A DNA stretch of 42,066 nucleotides, taken from UHGV virus genome UHGV-0115695. One strand, given 5' to 3'. The translations under genes and the position numbers were made by a program. This DNA comes from a virus. The notes under the pieces are model-generated. The model was not told where the DNA came from. It saw nothing but the letters and a program-made list of their open reading frames with translations, and ran no database searches. Of this stretch, positions 22,950 to 31,365 are shown piece by piece; within the stretch, counting starts at the first letter, position 1, and each line of letters opens with the position of its first letter.

Positions 22950-23018
22950 GAAATTAAAGAACACTTAAATTATCCACTAAAGGAATCTTAAGTCAAGTTT
23001 ATTTAAGATGTCTTAACT
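22950..23018. promoter_or_regulatory. OR region: three 18-bp P22-type operators with divergent PR and PRM
   Basis: ATTAAAGAACACTTAAAT (22953-22970), ACTAAAGGAATCTTAAGT (22977-22994), ATTTAAGATGTCTTAACT (23001-23018), each with dyad half-sites and 6-bp spacing. Confidence 0.8.
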
Positions 23019-23669
23019 ATGAAAACTCAATTGATGGGAGAGCGCATTCGCGCTCGGAGAAAAGAACTCAAGATCAGGCAGGCCGCACTTGGAAAGATGG
23101 TCGGCGTGTCTAATGTTGCCATATCTCAGTGGGAACGCTCTGAGACAGAGCCAAATGGAGAGAATCTTCTCGCCCTGGCTAATGCGTTGAAGTGTTCCCC
23201 TGACTATCTGATGAAAGGAGAGGAAAGTCTTTCAAACATTGCCTATCACAGTAGGCATGATCCAAGAGGGTCATACCCTCTGATTAGCTGGGTGAGCGCA
23301 GGATGCTGGATGGAAGCTGTAGAACCATATCATAAGCGTGCAATAGATAACTGGTACGATACAACCGTAGACTGTTCAGAAGATTCGTTTTGGTTGGACG
23401 TGAAGGGAGACTCAATGACGGCTCCGGCCGGTCTCAGTATCCCTGAAGGAATGATAATACTCGTCGATCCTGAAGTAGAGCCGCGTAACGGGAAACTGGT
23501 AGTTGCAAAGCTCGAAGGAGAAAACGAGGCAACTTTCAAGAAGTTAGTTATTGATGCAGGCAGGAAGTTTCTAAAACCACTTAACCCACAATATCCGATG
23601 ATCGAGATCAACGGAAACTGCAAAATCATCGGCGTAGTTGTCGATGCAAAACTAGCAAACCTTCCATAA
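23019..23669 (+). CDS. c2: Prophage repressor C2 (P22 type, LexA-like cleavable)
   Basis: 216 aa; matches recalled P22 C2 including HTH QAALGKMVGVSNVAISQWERS and C-terminal peptidase fold region. Confidence 0.95.
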   Translation: MKTQLMGERIRARRKELKIRQAALGKMVGVSNVAISQWERSETEPNGENLLALANALKCSPDYLMKGEESLSNIAYHSRHDPRGSYPLISWVSAGCWMEAVEPYHKRAIDNWYDTTVDCSEDSFWLDVKGDSMTAPAGLSIPEGMIILVDPEVEPRNGKLVVAKLEGENEATFKKLVIDAGRKFLKPLNPQYPMIEINGNCKIIGVVVDAKLANLP

Positions 23670-23692
23670 GGGGGCATTCGCCCCTTTTTTTA
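23669..23692 (+). terminator. Rho-independent terminator after c2
   Basis: GGGGC-ATTC-GCCCC followed by TTTTTTT directly after the c2 stop. Confidence 0.75.
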
Positions 23693-23699
23693 TTTCCTT

Positions 23700-23790
23700 T
23701 AAAAATCAAAGCCAAACTTAAGTTACGAAAGAAAATTTAAGTTTTCTTCAAAAATACTCTTGACCATTAATTAAAGAGATCTTAAATTTA
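23700..23790 (+). promoter_or_regulatory. OL operators and PL promoter
   Basis: TTGACC (23760-23765) and TAAATT (23783-23788) with 17-bp spacing; operator ATTAAAGAGATCTTAAAT (23769-23786) overlapping; further half-site-like repeats upstream. Confidence 0.7.
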
Positions 23791-23833
23791 AGCCATCAGC
23801 AGGACGCGGAAGCCAAACGGAACAGATTGGCAG

Positions 23834-23873
23834 GCTCTTTAACATTGATGGGATTGTCCCGCCGAAATGCGGG
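23834..23873 (+). promoter_or_regulatory. nutL: boxA (GCTCTTTAACA) and boxB hairpin
   Basis: Same boxA and boxB (CCCGCCGAAATGCGGG) as nutR, downstream of PL and upstream of the N-like gene. Confidence 0.75.
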
Positions 23874-24141
23874 AACCAAAGAGTAGTTGGCTTTGGGGTG
23901 TGGTGAAGCCAGCTAGTCACTGGCAAGTGCTTACCTACTGTTGAGCGGTGAAGCGCTCCCAACGCTAGCAATAGCGTGGACGAGATGGGGAGCCGCGGGC
24001 GATAAGGCCGCCATAACGCGCACGTTGTCGCATGGAAAAATCGCTGGGGTGCCGGTTATACCCCTCCGAATGAGACTCAACAAGCTGGAGCTAGACTACC
24101 AGCCACCACACCACCAAAGCTAATCATCTGAGGAACAGAAA

Positions 24142-24261
24142 ATGTTAGACATCATGACCAACCCAATTCTCGGTGGTTTAGTTACCACATTCGCCATCTG
24201 CTTCGGTTTCACTATCTGGTCTGAAGTAGATGACTGGATGTGGGAACGCAAAAACAAATAA
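24142..24261 (+). CDS. Small hydrophobic peptide (39 aa) between nutL and N
   Basis: ATG preceded by GAGGAA; MLDIMTNPILGGLVTTFAICFGFTIWSEVDDWMWERKNK has one predicted TM helix; below the track length cut-off. Confidence 0.4.
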   Translation: MLDIMTNPILGGLVTTFAICFGFTIWSEVDDWMWERKNK

Positions 24262-24301
24262 TCATCGACACACAAGGATGTGCACCTACCCGGAGGTCAA
24301 C

Positions 24302-24601
24302 ATGACAGTAGTCATTACATATCTGGCTGACGATAACGCCAGAAATCGCCGCAGAGCACGCAGACAGGCTCAACGTGAACAGGCAATGCAAGAGCAGCGA
24401 CTGGCGCGAAAAATTGAGCTAAAGCTCTCTGGTTGCGTCAGAGCAGATAAAGCAGCATCACTCGGAAGCCTTCGCTGCAAGAAGGCAGAAGAAGTCGAGC
24501 GTAAACAGAACCGTATTTACTACCGCAAGCCACGCAGTGAAATGGGTGTGACTTGTGTTGGTCGCCAGAAAATGAAATTAGGCAGCAAACCACTTATTTG
24601 A
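24302..24601 (+). CDS. N-like transcription antiterminator (arginine-rich motif)
   Basis: 99 aa from MTVVITYLADDNARNRRRARRQAQREQ; arginine-rich motif at N-terminus; first gene of the PL operon downstream of nutL. Confidence 0.65.
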   Translation: MTVVITYLADDNARNRRRARRQAQREQAMQEQRLARKIELKLSGCVRADKAASLGSLRCKKAEEVERKQNRIYYRKPRSEMGVTCVGRQKMKLGSKPLI

Positions 24602-24609
24602 GGTGATAT

Positions 24610-24933
24610 ATGGAAGCATTAGTAGTAGAGCGAAGCGAGGATGGCTACTGGACGCACCCAGAATACGCCAACCTGTTTGGGGATAGAGAGGTAATTTCAG
24701 CTGATGAGTTCAGATCTTTCTGCAAGCAGCATGGCATTGAATCATCAATTGTTGAAATGGAAAACGACAACAATCAAACGGTAATTGACTCGTATTTTGA
24801 AGATGGGAATCCAAACATCAGTGGATGGGAGCCAAGCATGCCAGATGGAGAAGGATGGTTTGTTGGTTCGATTCACGATACAGAAGACGGTCCGATCTGC
24901 GTTTGGTTCAGGAATGTAGATAAGGCCGCATAG
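24610..24933 (+). CDS. Strongly acidic hypothetical protein (first gene after N)
   Basis: 107 aa; roughly 23 Asp/Glu against about 6 Lys/Arg by my count; terminator overlaps its stop. Confidence 0.6.
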   Translation: MEALVVERSEDGYWTHPEYANLFGDREVISADEFRSFCKQHGIESSIVEMENDNNQTVIDSYFEDGNPNISGWEPSMPDGEGWFVGSIHDTEDGPICVWFRNVDKAA

Positions 24934-24948
24934 TCGGCCTTTATTTTT
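24923..24948 (+). terminator. Rho-independent terminator (tL1-like)
   Basis: AGGCCG-CATAGT-CGGCCT followed by TTATTTTT. Confidence 0.7.
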
Positions 24949-24970
24949 GGCATAAACAACAGAGGTGAAT

Positions 24971-25105
24971 ATGAACGCAGTTGAATTTACAAAATGGATG
25001 GCAGAGCAAGATATCACAGGATCCGACGAAAAGGCTGTGTACTACATGGCTCTGCTATGGATTCACAAAGCAAAAGAGGCTGCAAATGCTCTTGGAGGTG
25101 AGTGA
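24971..25105 (+). CDS. Small hypothetical protein (44 aa)
   Basis: AGAGGTG RBS then ATG; stop overlaps next start; no family recognised. Confidence 0.35.
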   Translation: MNAVEFTKWMAEQDITGSDEKAVYYMALLWIHKAKEAANALGGE

Positions 25106-25305
25106 TGTGCGAGTTTTATGAAGCAGATATCAAACGCCCAGAAATGGCAAGTGATGCAACATTACGTGATTACTTCGCGGCAAAGGCTATGCAAGCAATG
25201 ATTAGCAATCCATCGATTATCGATAATGATTCTGATGGAGCTGTTAATTATGCAGCAAGCGCTGCATATAAGTTTGCAGACGCAATGCTCAAAGCTCGCG
25301 AATAA
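25105..25305 (+). CDS. Small hypothetical protein (66 aa)
   Basis: Translationally coupled to the preceding small ORF; no family recognised. Confidence 0.4.
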   Translation: MCEFYEADIKRPEMASDATLRDYFAAKAMQAMISNPSIIDNDSDGAVNYAASAAYKFADAMLKARE

Positions 25306-25400
25306 GCACTGTGTATTCATTCCAACGAGTGAATACACGGAGCAATGTCGCTCGTAACTAAACAGGAGCCGACTTGTTCTGATTATTGGAAATCTTCTTT

Positions 25401-25428
25401 GCCCTCCAGTGTGAGGGCAATTTTTTTG
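25401..25428 (+). terminator. Rho-independent terminator
   Basis: GCCCTC-CAGTGT-GAGGGC followed by AATTTTTTT; lies inside the N-terminal extension of the 324-aa track ORF, which argues for the later start. Confidence 0.65.
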
Positions 25429-25439
25429 ACGGAGGATAT

Positions 25440-26360
25440 ATGAGTGAAGTAACAGATTTAGTTGTTATTGAAAAAGCAAATGCAATGACTGTATTTCAGT
25501 CTGCCGACCAGATTGAAGAAATCCTTCAAAAGGTTGAACGTGAAGTTATGTCCTTTGTGCCTGATATCACAACGGCAAAGGGCAGAAAGGAGATCGCTTC
25601 TCTGGCGTATAAAGTTGCGCAGACGAAAACATATCTCGATGGTCTTGGCAAAGACCTTGTTGCTGAACTGAAGGAAATTCCAAAGCTAATTGATGCTAAC
25701 CGCAAGACAGTGCGCGATCGCCTTGATGAACTGAAAGCCAAGGCGCGCCAGCCTCTTACTGATTATGAGGAAGAACAGGCGCGGATTAAAGCCGAAGAAG
25801 AAGCTAAGGCAGCAGCTGAAGCTCTCGCAAAGCAAATTGAGTCTGACCATGAAATAGCGATTTTGATGGATCGCGAATTTGACCGCCAAAGAGAAGAGGC
25901 AAGACTCAAAGCTGAGCAGGAAAAGCGAGAGCATGAAGAACGCTTAAAAAGAGAAGCTGAAGAGAAAGCCAGAGCTGAAGCCGAAGCAAAGGCAAAAGCC
26001 GAAATTGAAGCAGCAGCAAGGCGAGAAGCAGAAGCTAAGGCCGCAGCGGAACGTGCAGAGCGTGAACGCATTGAAGCCGAGCAACGAGCACAGCGCGAAG
26101 CAAAAGAGGCAGCAGAACGAGCTGAAAGAGAAAAGCATGCGGCAATTGAAGCAGAACGCCGTAAAGCACAGGAGGAGGCAGAACGAATCCGGCGCGAGGC
26201 TGAAGCAAAAGAGCAAGCCAGAATAGCAGAAGAAAAAAGAATCAAGGACGAAGAAGAGCGTAGAGCAAAGGATAAAGCTCACCGGAAAGAAGTAAATAAC
26301 AAAATACTTGCTGACCTTATCAAGGTTGGCGCATCGAAGATGTTGCTAAAAATATCATAA
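25440..26360 (+). CDS. Hypothetical protein with a structured N-terminal region and a long E/A/K/R-rich coiled-coil
   Basis: 306 aa from MSEVTDLVVIEKANAM... (GGAGG RBS 5 nt upstream); residues ~110-290 are low-complexity charged heptads; upstream of the recombination module. Confidence 0.6.
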   Translation: MSEVTDLVVIEKANAMTVFQSADQIEEILQKVEREVMSFVPDITTAKGRKEIASLAYKVAQTKTYLDGLGKDLVAELKEIPKLIDANRKTVRDRLDELKAKARQPLTDYEEEQARIKAEEEAKAAAEALAKQIESDHEIAILMDREFDRQREEARLKAEQEKREHEERLKREAEEKARAEAEAKAKAEIEAAARREAEAKAAAERAERERIEAEQRAQREAKEAAERAEREKHAAIEAERRKAQEEAERIRREAEAKEQARIAEEKRIKDEEERRAKDKAHRKEVNNKILADLIKVGASKMLLKIS

Positions 26361-26431
26361 CAGCCATCGTAAAAGGCGAAGTATTCGCAACAAAAATAAC
26401 CTACTAATAAAACCAACATAAGGAACCACCC

Positions 26432-26563
26432 ATGATTTACGCAATCGCGGGAGGCGCTCGCATGGGTGCCTTCCAATTAAATGAATCTTTACTTGAACGA
26501 ATCACCCGTAAATTACGTGACGGATGGAAAAGATTTGAGGTCTTATTATGCGCAATGAAATAG
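26432..26563 (+). CDS. Small hypothetical protein (43 aa)
   Basis: AGGAACC RBS then ATG; overlaps next small ORF. Confidence 0.3.
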   Translation: MIYAIAGGARMGAFQLNESLLERITRKLRDGWKRFEVLLCAMK

Positions 26564-26700
26564 CCATCAATCACCAGATGCTTCGTGCTGCACAGAACAA
26601 AGCAGTAATAGCCAGATTTATTGGTGATTCAAAAATGTGGCTTGAAGCAAATAAAGCGATGAAATCAGCTATCAATCTTCCGTGGTATCGCAGGAAATGA
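26548..26700 (+). CDS. Small hypothetical protein (50 aa)
   Basis: Overlapping coupled small ORF; no family recognised. Confidence 0.3.
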   Translation: MRNEIAINHQMLRAAQNKAVIARFIGDSKMWLEANKAMKSAINLPWYRRK

Positions 26701-26867
26701 GTTTTACAGATAACTGGTCAGACGAAGAATTCATTCGTCAGATGAAAGAATTAATCGGTAACGAAGGAGATATTCATGTCACTTGCAACCACAGTGAAGG
26801 AGAGCAAGTTACAGAGACGCATGTACACGCAGCAGGCGTTAATGTATCGCCAGAAGGGAGATCGTGA
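26697..26867 (+). CDS. Small hypothetical protein (56 aa)
   Basis: ATGA start/stop overlap with the preceding ORF; acidic. Confidence 0.35.
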   Translation: MSFTDNWSDEEFIRQMKELIGNEGDIHVTCNHSEGEQVTETHVHAAGVNVSPEGRS

Positions 26868-26954
26868 AGGTGTTCGCGTATTTTTAAATGCGGCAAAGAC
26901 TGAAGTATTAAATCAGCGTTATTTCCTTGGGCCATGTCCATTCTGAGGTGAATT

Positions 26955-27662
26955 ATGGATTTGAATAAATTCGATGAGCCATTCAGCCCTGAAGATATCG
27001 AATGGCGAATACAGCAAAGCGGTAAAACACGCGATGGCAAAGTGTGGGCTATGGTGCTGGCTTATGTCACGAACCGGGCAATCATGAAACGCCTGGACGA
27101 TGTTTGCGGCAAAGCAGGATGGCGCAATGAATACCGCGATATTCCCAACAACGGCGGCGTTGAATGCGGCATATCGATAAAGATTGATTCCGAATGGGTA
27201 ACCAAATGGGATGCTGCTGAAAACACGCAGGTAGAAGCCGTCAAAGGTGGTCGTTCCGGTGCAATGAAGCGCGCTGCCGTTCAGTGGGGAATCGGTAGGT
27301 ATCTGTATAACCTTGAGGAAGGTTTCGCACAAACATCTCTCGATAAAAAGCAGGGGTGGCACAGGGCAAAACTGAAGGATGGAACAGGATTTTACTGGCT
27401 CCCTCCATCACTTCCGGGATGGGCAATCCCAGCATCAGATAACAAACCATCACCAGAAAATACCAACCAGAAATCTCCATCGGTTGACTGCGAACAAATC
27501 CTGAAAGACTTCAGCGATTATGCAGCGACAGAAACTGACAAGAAAAAACTCATCGAGCGTTATCAGCGTGACTGGCAATTAATGGCTGGCAACGAGGAGG
27601 CGCAGGCTAAATGCGTTCAGGTAATGAACATCAGAGTTAACGAACTAAAACAGGCGGCATAA
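26955..27662 (+). CDS. Single-strand annealing protein, Rad52/Sak-like (recalled family; unverified)
   Basis: 235 aa; ...AMKRAAVQWGIGRYLYNL... resembles the conserved motif of phage Rad52-like annealases; immediately followed by SSB and an exonuclease. Confidence 0.55.
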   Translation: MDLNKFDEPFSPEDIEWRIQQSGKTRDGKVWAMVLAYVTNRAIMKRLDDVCGKAGWRNEYRDIPNNGGVECGISIKIDSEWVTKWDAAENTQVEAVKGGRSGAMKRAAVQWGIGRYLYNLEEGFAQTSLDKKQGWHRAKLKDGTGFYWLPPSLPGWAIPASDNKPSPENTNQKSPSVDCEQILKDFSDYAATETDKKKLIERYQRDWQLMAGNEEAQAKCVQVMNIRVNELKQAA

Positions 27663-28178
27663 ATGGCAAGCAGAGGCGTAAATAAGGTGATCATTATTGG
27701 TCGCCTTGGGCATGATCCAGAAATCAGATATTCACCATCAGGAACGGCATTTGCAAACCTTACAGTTGCTACGTCAGAACAATGGCGTGATAAGCAAACT
27801 GGAGAGCAAAAGGAGCAGACGGAGTGGCACCGTGTGGTAATGAGCGGGAAACTGGCAGAAATTGCCAGCGAATATCTGCGAAAAGGCTCTGAGGTTTATC
27901 TTGAAGGCAAATTGCGGACAAGAAAATGGCAGGATCAAAGCGGACAGGATAGGTTCACTACCGAAGTCATCGTGGGCGTTGGTGGAACCATGCAAATGCT
28001 TGGTGGCAAGCAAGGAGGCAATGAACAGTCTTCACCTCAGCGAAATAACGGTCAGCAACAAAAACAGCAGCCTCAGCAGCAAGGGAATCACAGCGAACCA
28101 CCTATGGATTTTGACGACGATATCCCCTTTGCACCAGTAACTCTCCCTTTCCCTCGTCACGCTATTCACGCAATTTAA
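27663..28178 (+). CDS. ssb: Single-stranded DNA-binding protein
   Basis: 171 aa; OB-fold N-terminal region ([18 protein letters not shown]), Gln/Gly-rich linker, acidic tail DFDDDIPF. Confidence 0.9.
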   Translation: MASRGVNKVIIIGRLGHDPEIRYSPSGTAFANLTVATSEQWRDKQTGEQKEQTEWHRVVMSGKLAEIASEYLRKGSEVYLEGKLRTRKWQDQSGQDRFTTEVIVGVGGTMQMLGGKQGGNEQSSPQRNNGQQQKQQPQQQGNHSEPPMDFDDDIPFAPVTLPFPRHAIHAI

Positions 28179-28198
28179 GGACTTACATGAATCACTAG

Positions 28199-28735
28199 AT
28201 GGTTGACCTTGAAACAATGGGCAACGGGCCATACGCGCCAGTTATTTCTATTGGGGCGGTATTCTTTGACCCGAATATCGGAGAAACAGGAGAAGAGTTC
28301 TCGGTAAATATCTCACTTGAGTCATCAATGCGATATCGAGCGCGTCCTGACGCTTCAACGATTTTATGGTGGATGGAACAGAGTGAAGAAGCCAGAAAAT
28401 CGCTAACCAGCAACACTCAGGAGCTTTCAACGGCTCTTTCATGGTTATCTGAATTCATCATAAAGAACGCTAACCACAAATTCGTTCAGGTTTGGGGGAA
28501 TGGAGCATCATTTGACTGCGTTATTCTCCGAAACAGTTATTCGCTGACAGGGCAGCCAGTTCCATGGCAGTGGTGGAATGACCGCGACGTAAGAACAATC
28601 GTCGAGCTTGGAAAGGTAATAGGATTCGACCCTAAGCGAGATATGCCATTCAAAGGAACTCGCCACAACGCTCTTGATGATGCCATTCACCAAGCCAAAT
28701 ACGTTTCAGCGATCTGGAAAAAGTTAGCTAAATAA
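28199..28735 (+). CDS. DEDDh-family 3'-5' exonuclease
   Basis: Exo motifs DLETMG, FDCVIL and HNALDDA in the right order and spacing; 178 aa. Confidence 0.7.
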   Translation: MVDLETMGNGPYAPVISIGAVFFDPNIGETGEEFSVNISLESSMRYRARPDASTILWWMEQSEEARKSLTSNTQELSTALSWLSEFIIKNANHKFVQVWGNGASFDCVILRNSYSLTGQPVPWQWWNDRDVRTIVELGKVIGFDPKRDMPFKGTRHNALDDAIHQAKYVSAIWKKLAK

Positions 28736-28751
28736 TCAACAGGAGAAAACC

Positions 28752-29045
28752 ATGCCAGCGCCTCAGTATGGTGCGGATGACCCGCGCCGCTGTTCCGGCA
28801 ATTCCGTATCGGAGGTGCTGGATAAATTCAGAAAAAACTACGACCTGATAATGTCGCTACCACAGGAAACGAAAGAGGAAAAGGAATTTCGCCACTGTAT
28901 ATGGCTTGCAGAGAAAGAAGAACGCGAGCGAATTTACCAGACATCAATCCGACCATTCCGCAAAGCCACATATACCCACTTCCCTGAAATTGACCCGCGC
29001 CTGCGTAATTACCGCTCACGCTATGGCGCTATCAGTAATGACTGA
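28752..29045 (+). CDS. Hypothetical protein
   Basis: 97 aa ORF in operon context; no family recognised. Confidence 0.45.
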   Translation: MPAPQYGADDPRRCSGNSVSEVLDKFRKNYDLIMSLPQETKEEKEFRHCIWLAEKEERERIYQTSIRPFRKATYTHFPEIDPRLRNYRSRYGAISND

Positions 29046-29056
29046 GGAATTTACCA

Positions 29057-29224
29057 TGAGAGGACTTGCATACAATCCCGGCATTCTTCCGGCAGAAATG
29101 ATTATTCGCCAACGCGTAAAGCCAATGCCATCGAGAGAGGAATTGCTTAAGAGAAATTCTTTTCCATCAGTGAATCAAAACAAATATCTGAATGCGATGT
29201 GGCGCAAAGGAGGCAAGCAGTGAG
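29057..29224 (+). CDS. Small hypothetical protein (55 aa)
   Basis: GAGGAA RBS then ATG; fills the gap between neighbouring genes. Confidence 0.35.
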
Positions 29225-29519
29225 TGTATATCTTATTGATAAACGTCGACGTGGGCAACAAATACCACCTGTAGGAATTCCGAATCACACATGGTTTTGC
29301 GTACTTGATATCGATGGTATGGATGCGTTGGTTGACACTCGTCATTACTGCGATACCGCAACAGCTACTCCGGCGAAAGCAAAGAAAATGGCTGCTCTGA
29401 TAGAAAACTGGACTCCACCTGATGGTTGGTGCAATGGGAATGATCGAGATTGGCATGAAAAAATGAAGGGCTATATCTGCGATTTCTTACGTAAATGCAA
29501 CGGATTCAGGGTGATGTGA
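29221..29519 (+). CDS. Hypothetical Cys-containing protein (GTG start after AGGAGG)
   Basis: 99 aa from [12 protein letters not shown]...; strong RBS; no family recognised. Confidence 0.45.
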
Positions 29520-29520
29520 C

Positions 29521-30207
29521 ATGAACAAGATTGACTATCAGGCACTGCGTGAAGCGGCAGAGAAAGCCGGTGAAGATAAGTGGCAGGCTAAAAAAATAAA
29601 TGGTGATTTTTTCGTTATTCGTCACGGTAGTTATACAAGACAGCATGGCTACACATCGTATCAACCCATTGCGGAGATTGATTGTAAGCCAGTCCGGGAT
29701 TTTGTTTCCAAGGCTAATCCGGCTACCGTGCTGGAATTACTGGATGAACTGGAAGCAGCAAAAAAGCGCATTGCAGAACTGGAAGCCGAACCCGTAAGCC
29801 AAACTTACAACTTGCCAGAATTAATCGAAGGGATGGAAGTTTCCATTGATGTAAGCACTTGTGATGCTGATTTAGGTAATCGCTATTTCGGTACCGTCAC
29901 CGAGGCGTTAGAACTTGATACTGCCAAGAATGGTTACATCCTCCTGGTTCAGGACGCAGAGCCAAACTTCGATGTAAATGGCAACTCTCCGGTAACTCCG
30001 GATGGTTGGATAAGCTGTAGTGAGCGAATGCCGAAAGAAACGGGTGACATTATTGTTGTTTCGGATGGCATTGTAATGTCCGGGATTTCTTATTCTCGTC
30101 GTGACGGGTTCTATATAGCCGCATTGGAGTACGACGACGATGAGCCAATTGGCGGTGTAACCCACTGGATGCCTCTACCAGAACCGCCTCGATTAAAGGA
30201 GCTATAA
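29521..30207 (+). CDS. Ead/Ea22-like protein with C-terminal DUF551-like region
   Basis: 228 aa; N-terminus MNKIDYQALREAAEKA... and coiled coil LELLDELEAAKKRIAELEAE typical of the Ead/Ea22 family of lambdoid accessory proteins. Confidence 0.6.
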   Translation: MNKIDYQALREAAEKAGEDKWQAKKINGDFFVIRHGSYTRQHGYTSYQPIAEIDCKPVRDFVSKANPATVLELLDELEAAKKRIAELEAEPVSQTYNLPELIEGMEVSIDVSTCDADLGNRYFGTVTEALELDTAKNGYILLVQDAEPNFDVNGNSPVTPDGWISCSERMPKETGDIIVVSDGIVMSGISYSRRDGFYIAALEYDDDEPIGGVTHWMPLPEPPRLKEL

Positions 30208-30321
30208 TAGTGAACTATTATATCTATTTGTATTAAAAGAGTTTTTATAAAATAAATCTTCCAAAGCATGTAAAAACACTGTTAATCTTAACGTGTGTGA
30301 AACGTGAAGAGAGGTGTTGAA

Positions 30322-30603
30322 ATGAGCATTCATGATTTGTGTGAAGATCAAGAGCAATGGGCTATGCAGACCCTTATGGGATCAGGAGTTCTTGCAAGGT
30401 GCAGAATCCATAACGATGTAATTTTAGACAGCGGAAATGATGCTTCTTCTGCTTATAAATTAGGAACTTACCTATATCAAAAAGATAATAGCTGCAACTT
30501 ATTCAATACTCTTACTGAAGCCCGCGACGCAATAAAGGATGCATATGAATCGTATTGTGGGATAGATGATTGCCCACAATGCTCAAAATACATTGACGAT
30601 TAA
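30322..30603 (+). CDS. Hypothetical Cys-rich protein, moron-like (own AT-rich upstream region, two terminators downstream)
   Basis: 93 aa from MSIHDLCEDQEQW...; preceded by ~110 bp AT-rich segment; followed by tandem terminators. Confidence 0.5.
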   Translation: MSIHDLCEDQEQWAMQTLMGSGVLARCRIHNDVILDSGNDASSAYKLGTYLYQKDNSCNLFNTLTEARDAIKDAYESYCGIDDCPQCSKYIDD

Positions 30604-30621
30604 TAATATGAACAAGTAACT

Positions 30622-30645
30622 ATCCTCGCACTCGCGGGGATTTCT
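30622..30645 (+). terminator. Rho-independent terminator
   Basis: TCCTCGC-ACTC-GCGGGGA (one G-U pair) followed by TTTCTTTT. Confidence 0.6.
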
Positions 30646-30653
30646 TTTATCTG

Positions 30654-30678
30654 AACTCGCTACGGCGAGTTTTGTTTT
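30654..30678 (+). terminator. Rho-independent terminator
   Basis: AACTCGC-TACG-GCGAGTT followed by TTGTTTT. Confidence 0.7.
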
Positions 30679-30691
30679 ATGGAGATGATAA

Positions 30692-30859
30692 ATGCACTTC
30701 CGAGTCACAGGTGAATGGAATGGAGAGCCATTCAACAGAGTTATCGAAGCGGAGAACATCAACGACTGCTACGACCACTGGATGATATGGGCGCAGATAG
30801 CACATGCAGACGTAACCAATATTCGAATTGAAGAACTGAAAGAACACCAAGCCGTCTGA
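30692..30859 (+). CDS. Small hypothetical protein (55 aa)
   Basis: GGAGATGATAA then ATG; MHFRVTGEWNGEPFNRVIEAENINDCYDHWMIWAQIAHADVTNIRIEELKEHQAV. Confidence 0.4.
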   Translation: MHFRVTGEWNGEPFNRVIEAENINDCYDHWMIWAQIAHADVTNIRIEELKEHQAV

Positions 30860-30916
30860 TGGCGGTTTTTTATTGCCTGATTTGCAGGTTCGATTCCCTA
30901 TTCGGAGATAGCACTC

Positions 30917-31117
30917 ATGCAACACGAACTACAACCTGATTCACTGGTTGATTTGAAATTCATCATGGCTGATACTGGCTTCGGTAAAACCTTCATCTAT
31001 GACCGGATTAAGTCCGGCGACCTGCCAAAAGCCAAAGTTATCCACGGACGAGCAAGATGGTTATATCGTGACCATTGTGAATTCAAAAATAAGCTCTTAA
31101 GCCGCGCTAATGGGTAA
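30917..31117 (+). CDS. AlpA-family excisionase / transcriptional regulator (xis-like)
   Basis: 66 aa; HTH FIMADTGFGKTFIYDRIKSGDLPKAKV; directly upstream of and co-oriented with the integrase. Confidence 0.8.
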   Translation: MQHELQPDSLVDLKFIMADTGFGKTFIYDRIKSGDLPKAKVIHGRARWLYRDHCEFKNKLLSRANG

Positions 31118-31365
31118 AATAGCGGGTAAAATATTTTTCACATCTAAAAAATACCATTCCAATCAATCCCCTGCTGCCTCAAGTAGATGTCTGCAGGGGA
31201 CACCATGAACACTTCTCACTAAGTCCAATTAATTCCATAACTCACTGTTTTAACTGATATCATCTCCTTATACTCGTCCAGCAAAGTACCATTATTTCTA
31301 ATGGAATCTATACATCTTTGCGTATAACATTGTGTATAACTGAGTTCGATCTTTTTTCTATACAC

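Noticed and set aside
25386-25439. N-terminal extension of the 324-aa coiled-coil ORF
   Set aside because: The extension contains a terminator hairpin with U-tract, and a GGAGG RBS precedes the internal ATG at 25440.
25763-26282. Minus-strand ORFs of 160 and 112 aa, rich in S/A/R or C/F/L
   Set aside because: Shadow frames of the low-complexity coiled-coil gene on the opposite strand, with compositional bias and no operon context.
30884-30900. Possible tRNA gene around the GGTTCGATTCC 11-mer
   Set aside because: The flanking bases cannot form a T-stem (only 2 of 5 pairs) and there is no acceptor stem or CCA context. Retained only as a possible att-core remnant.
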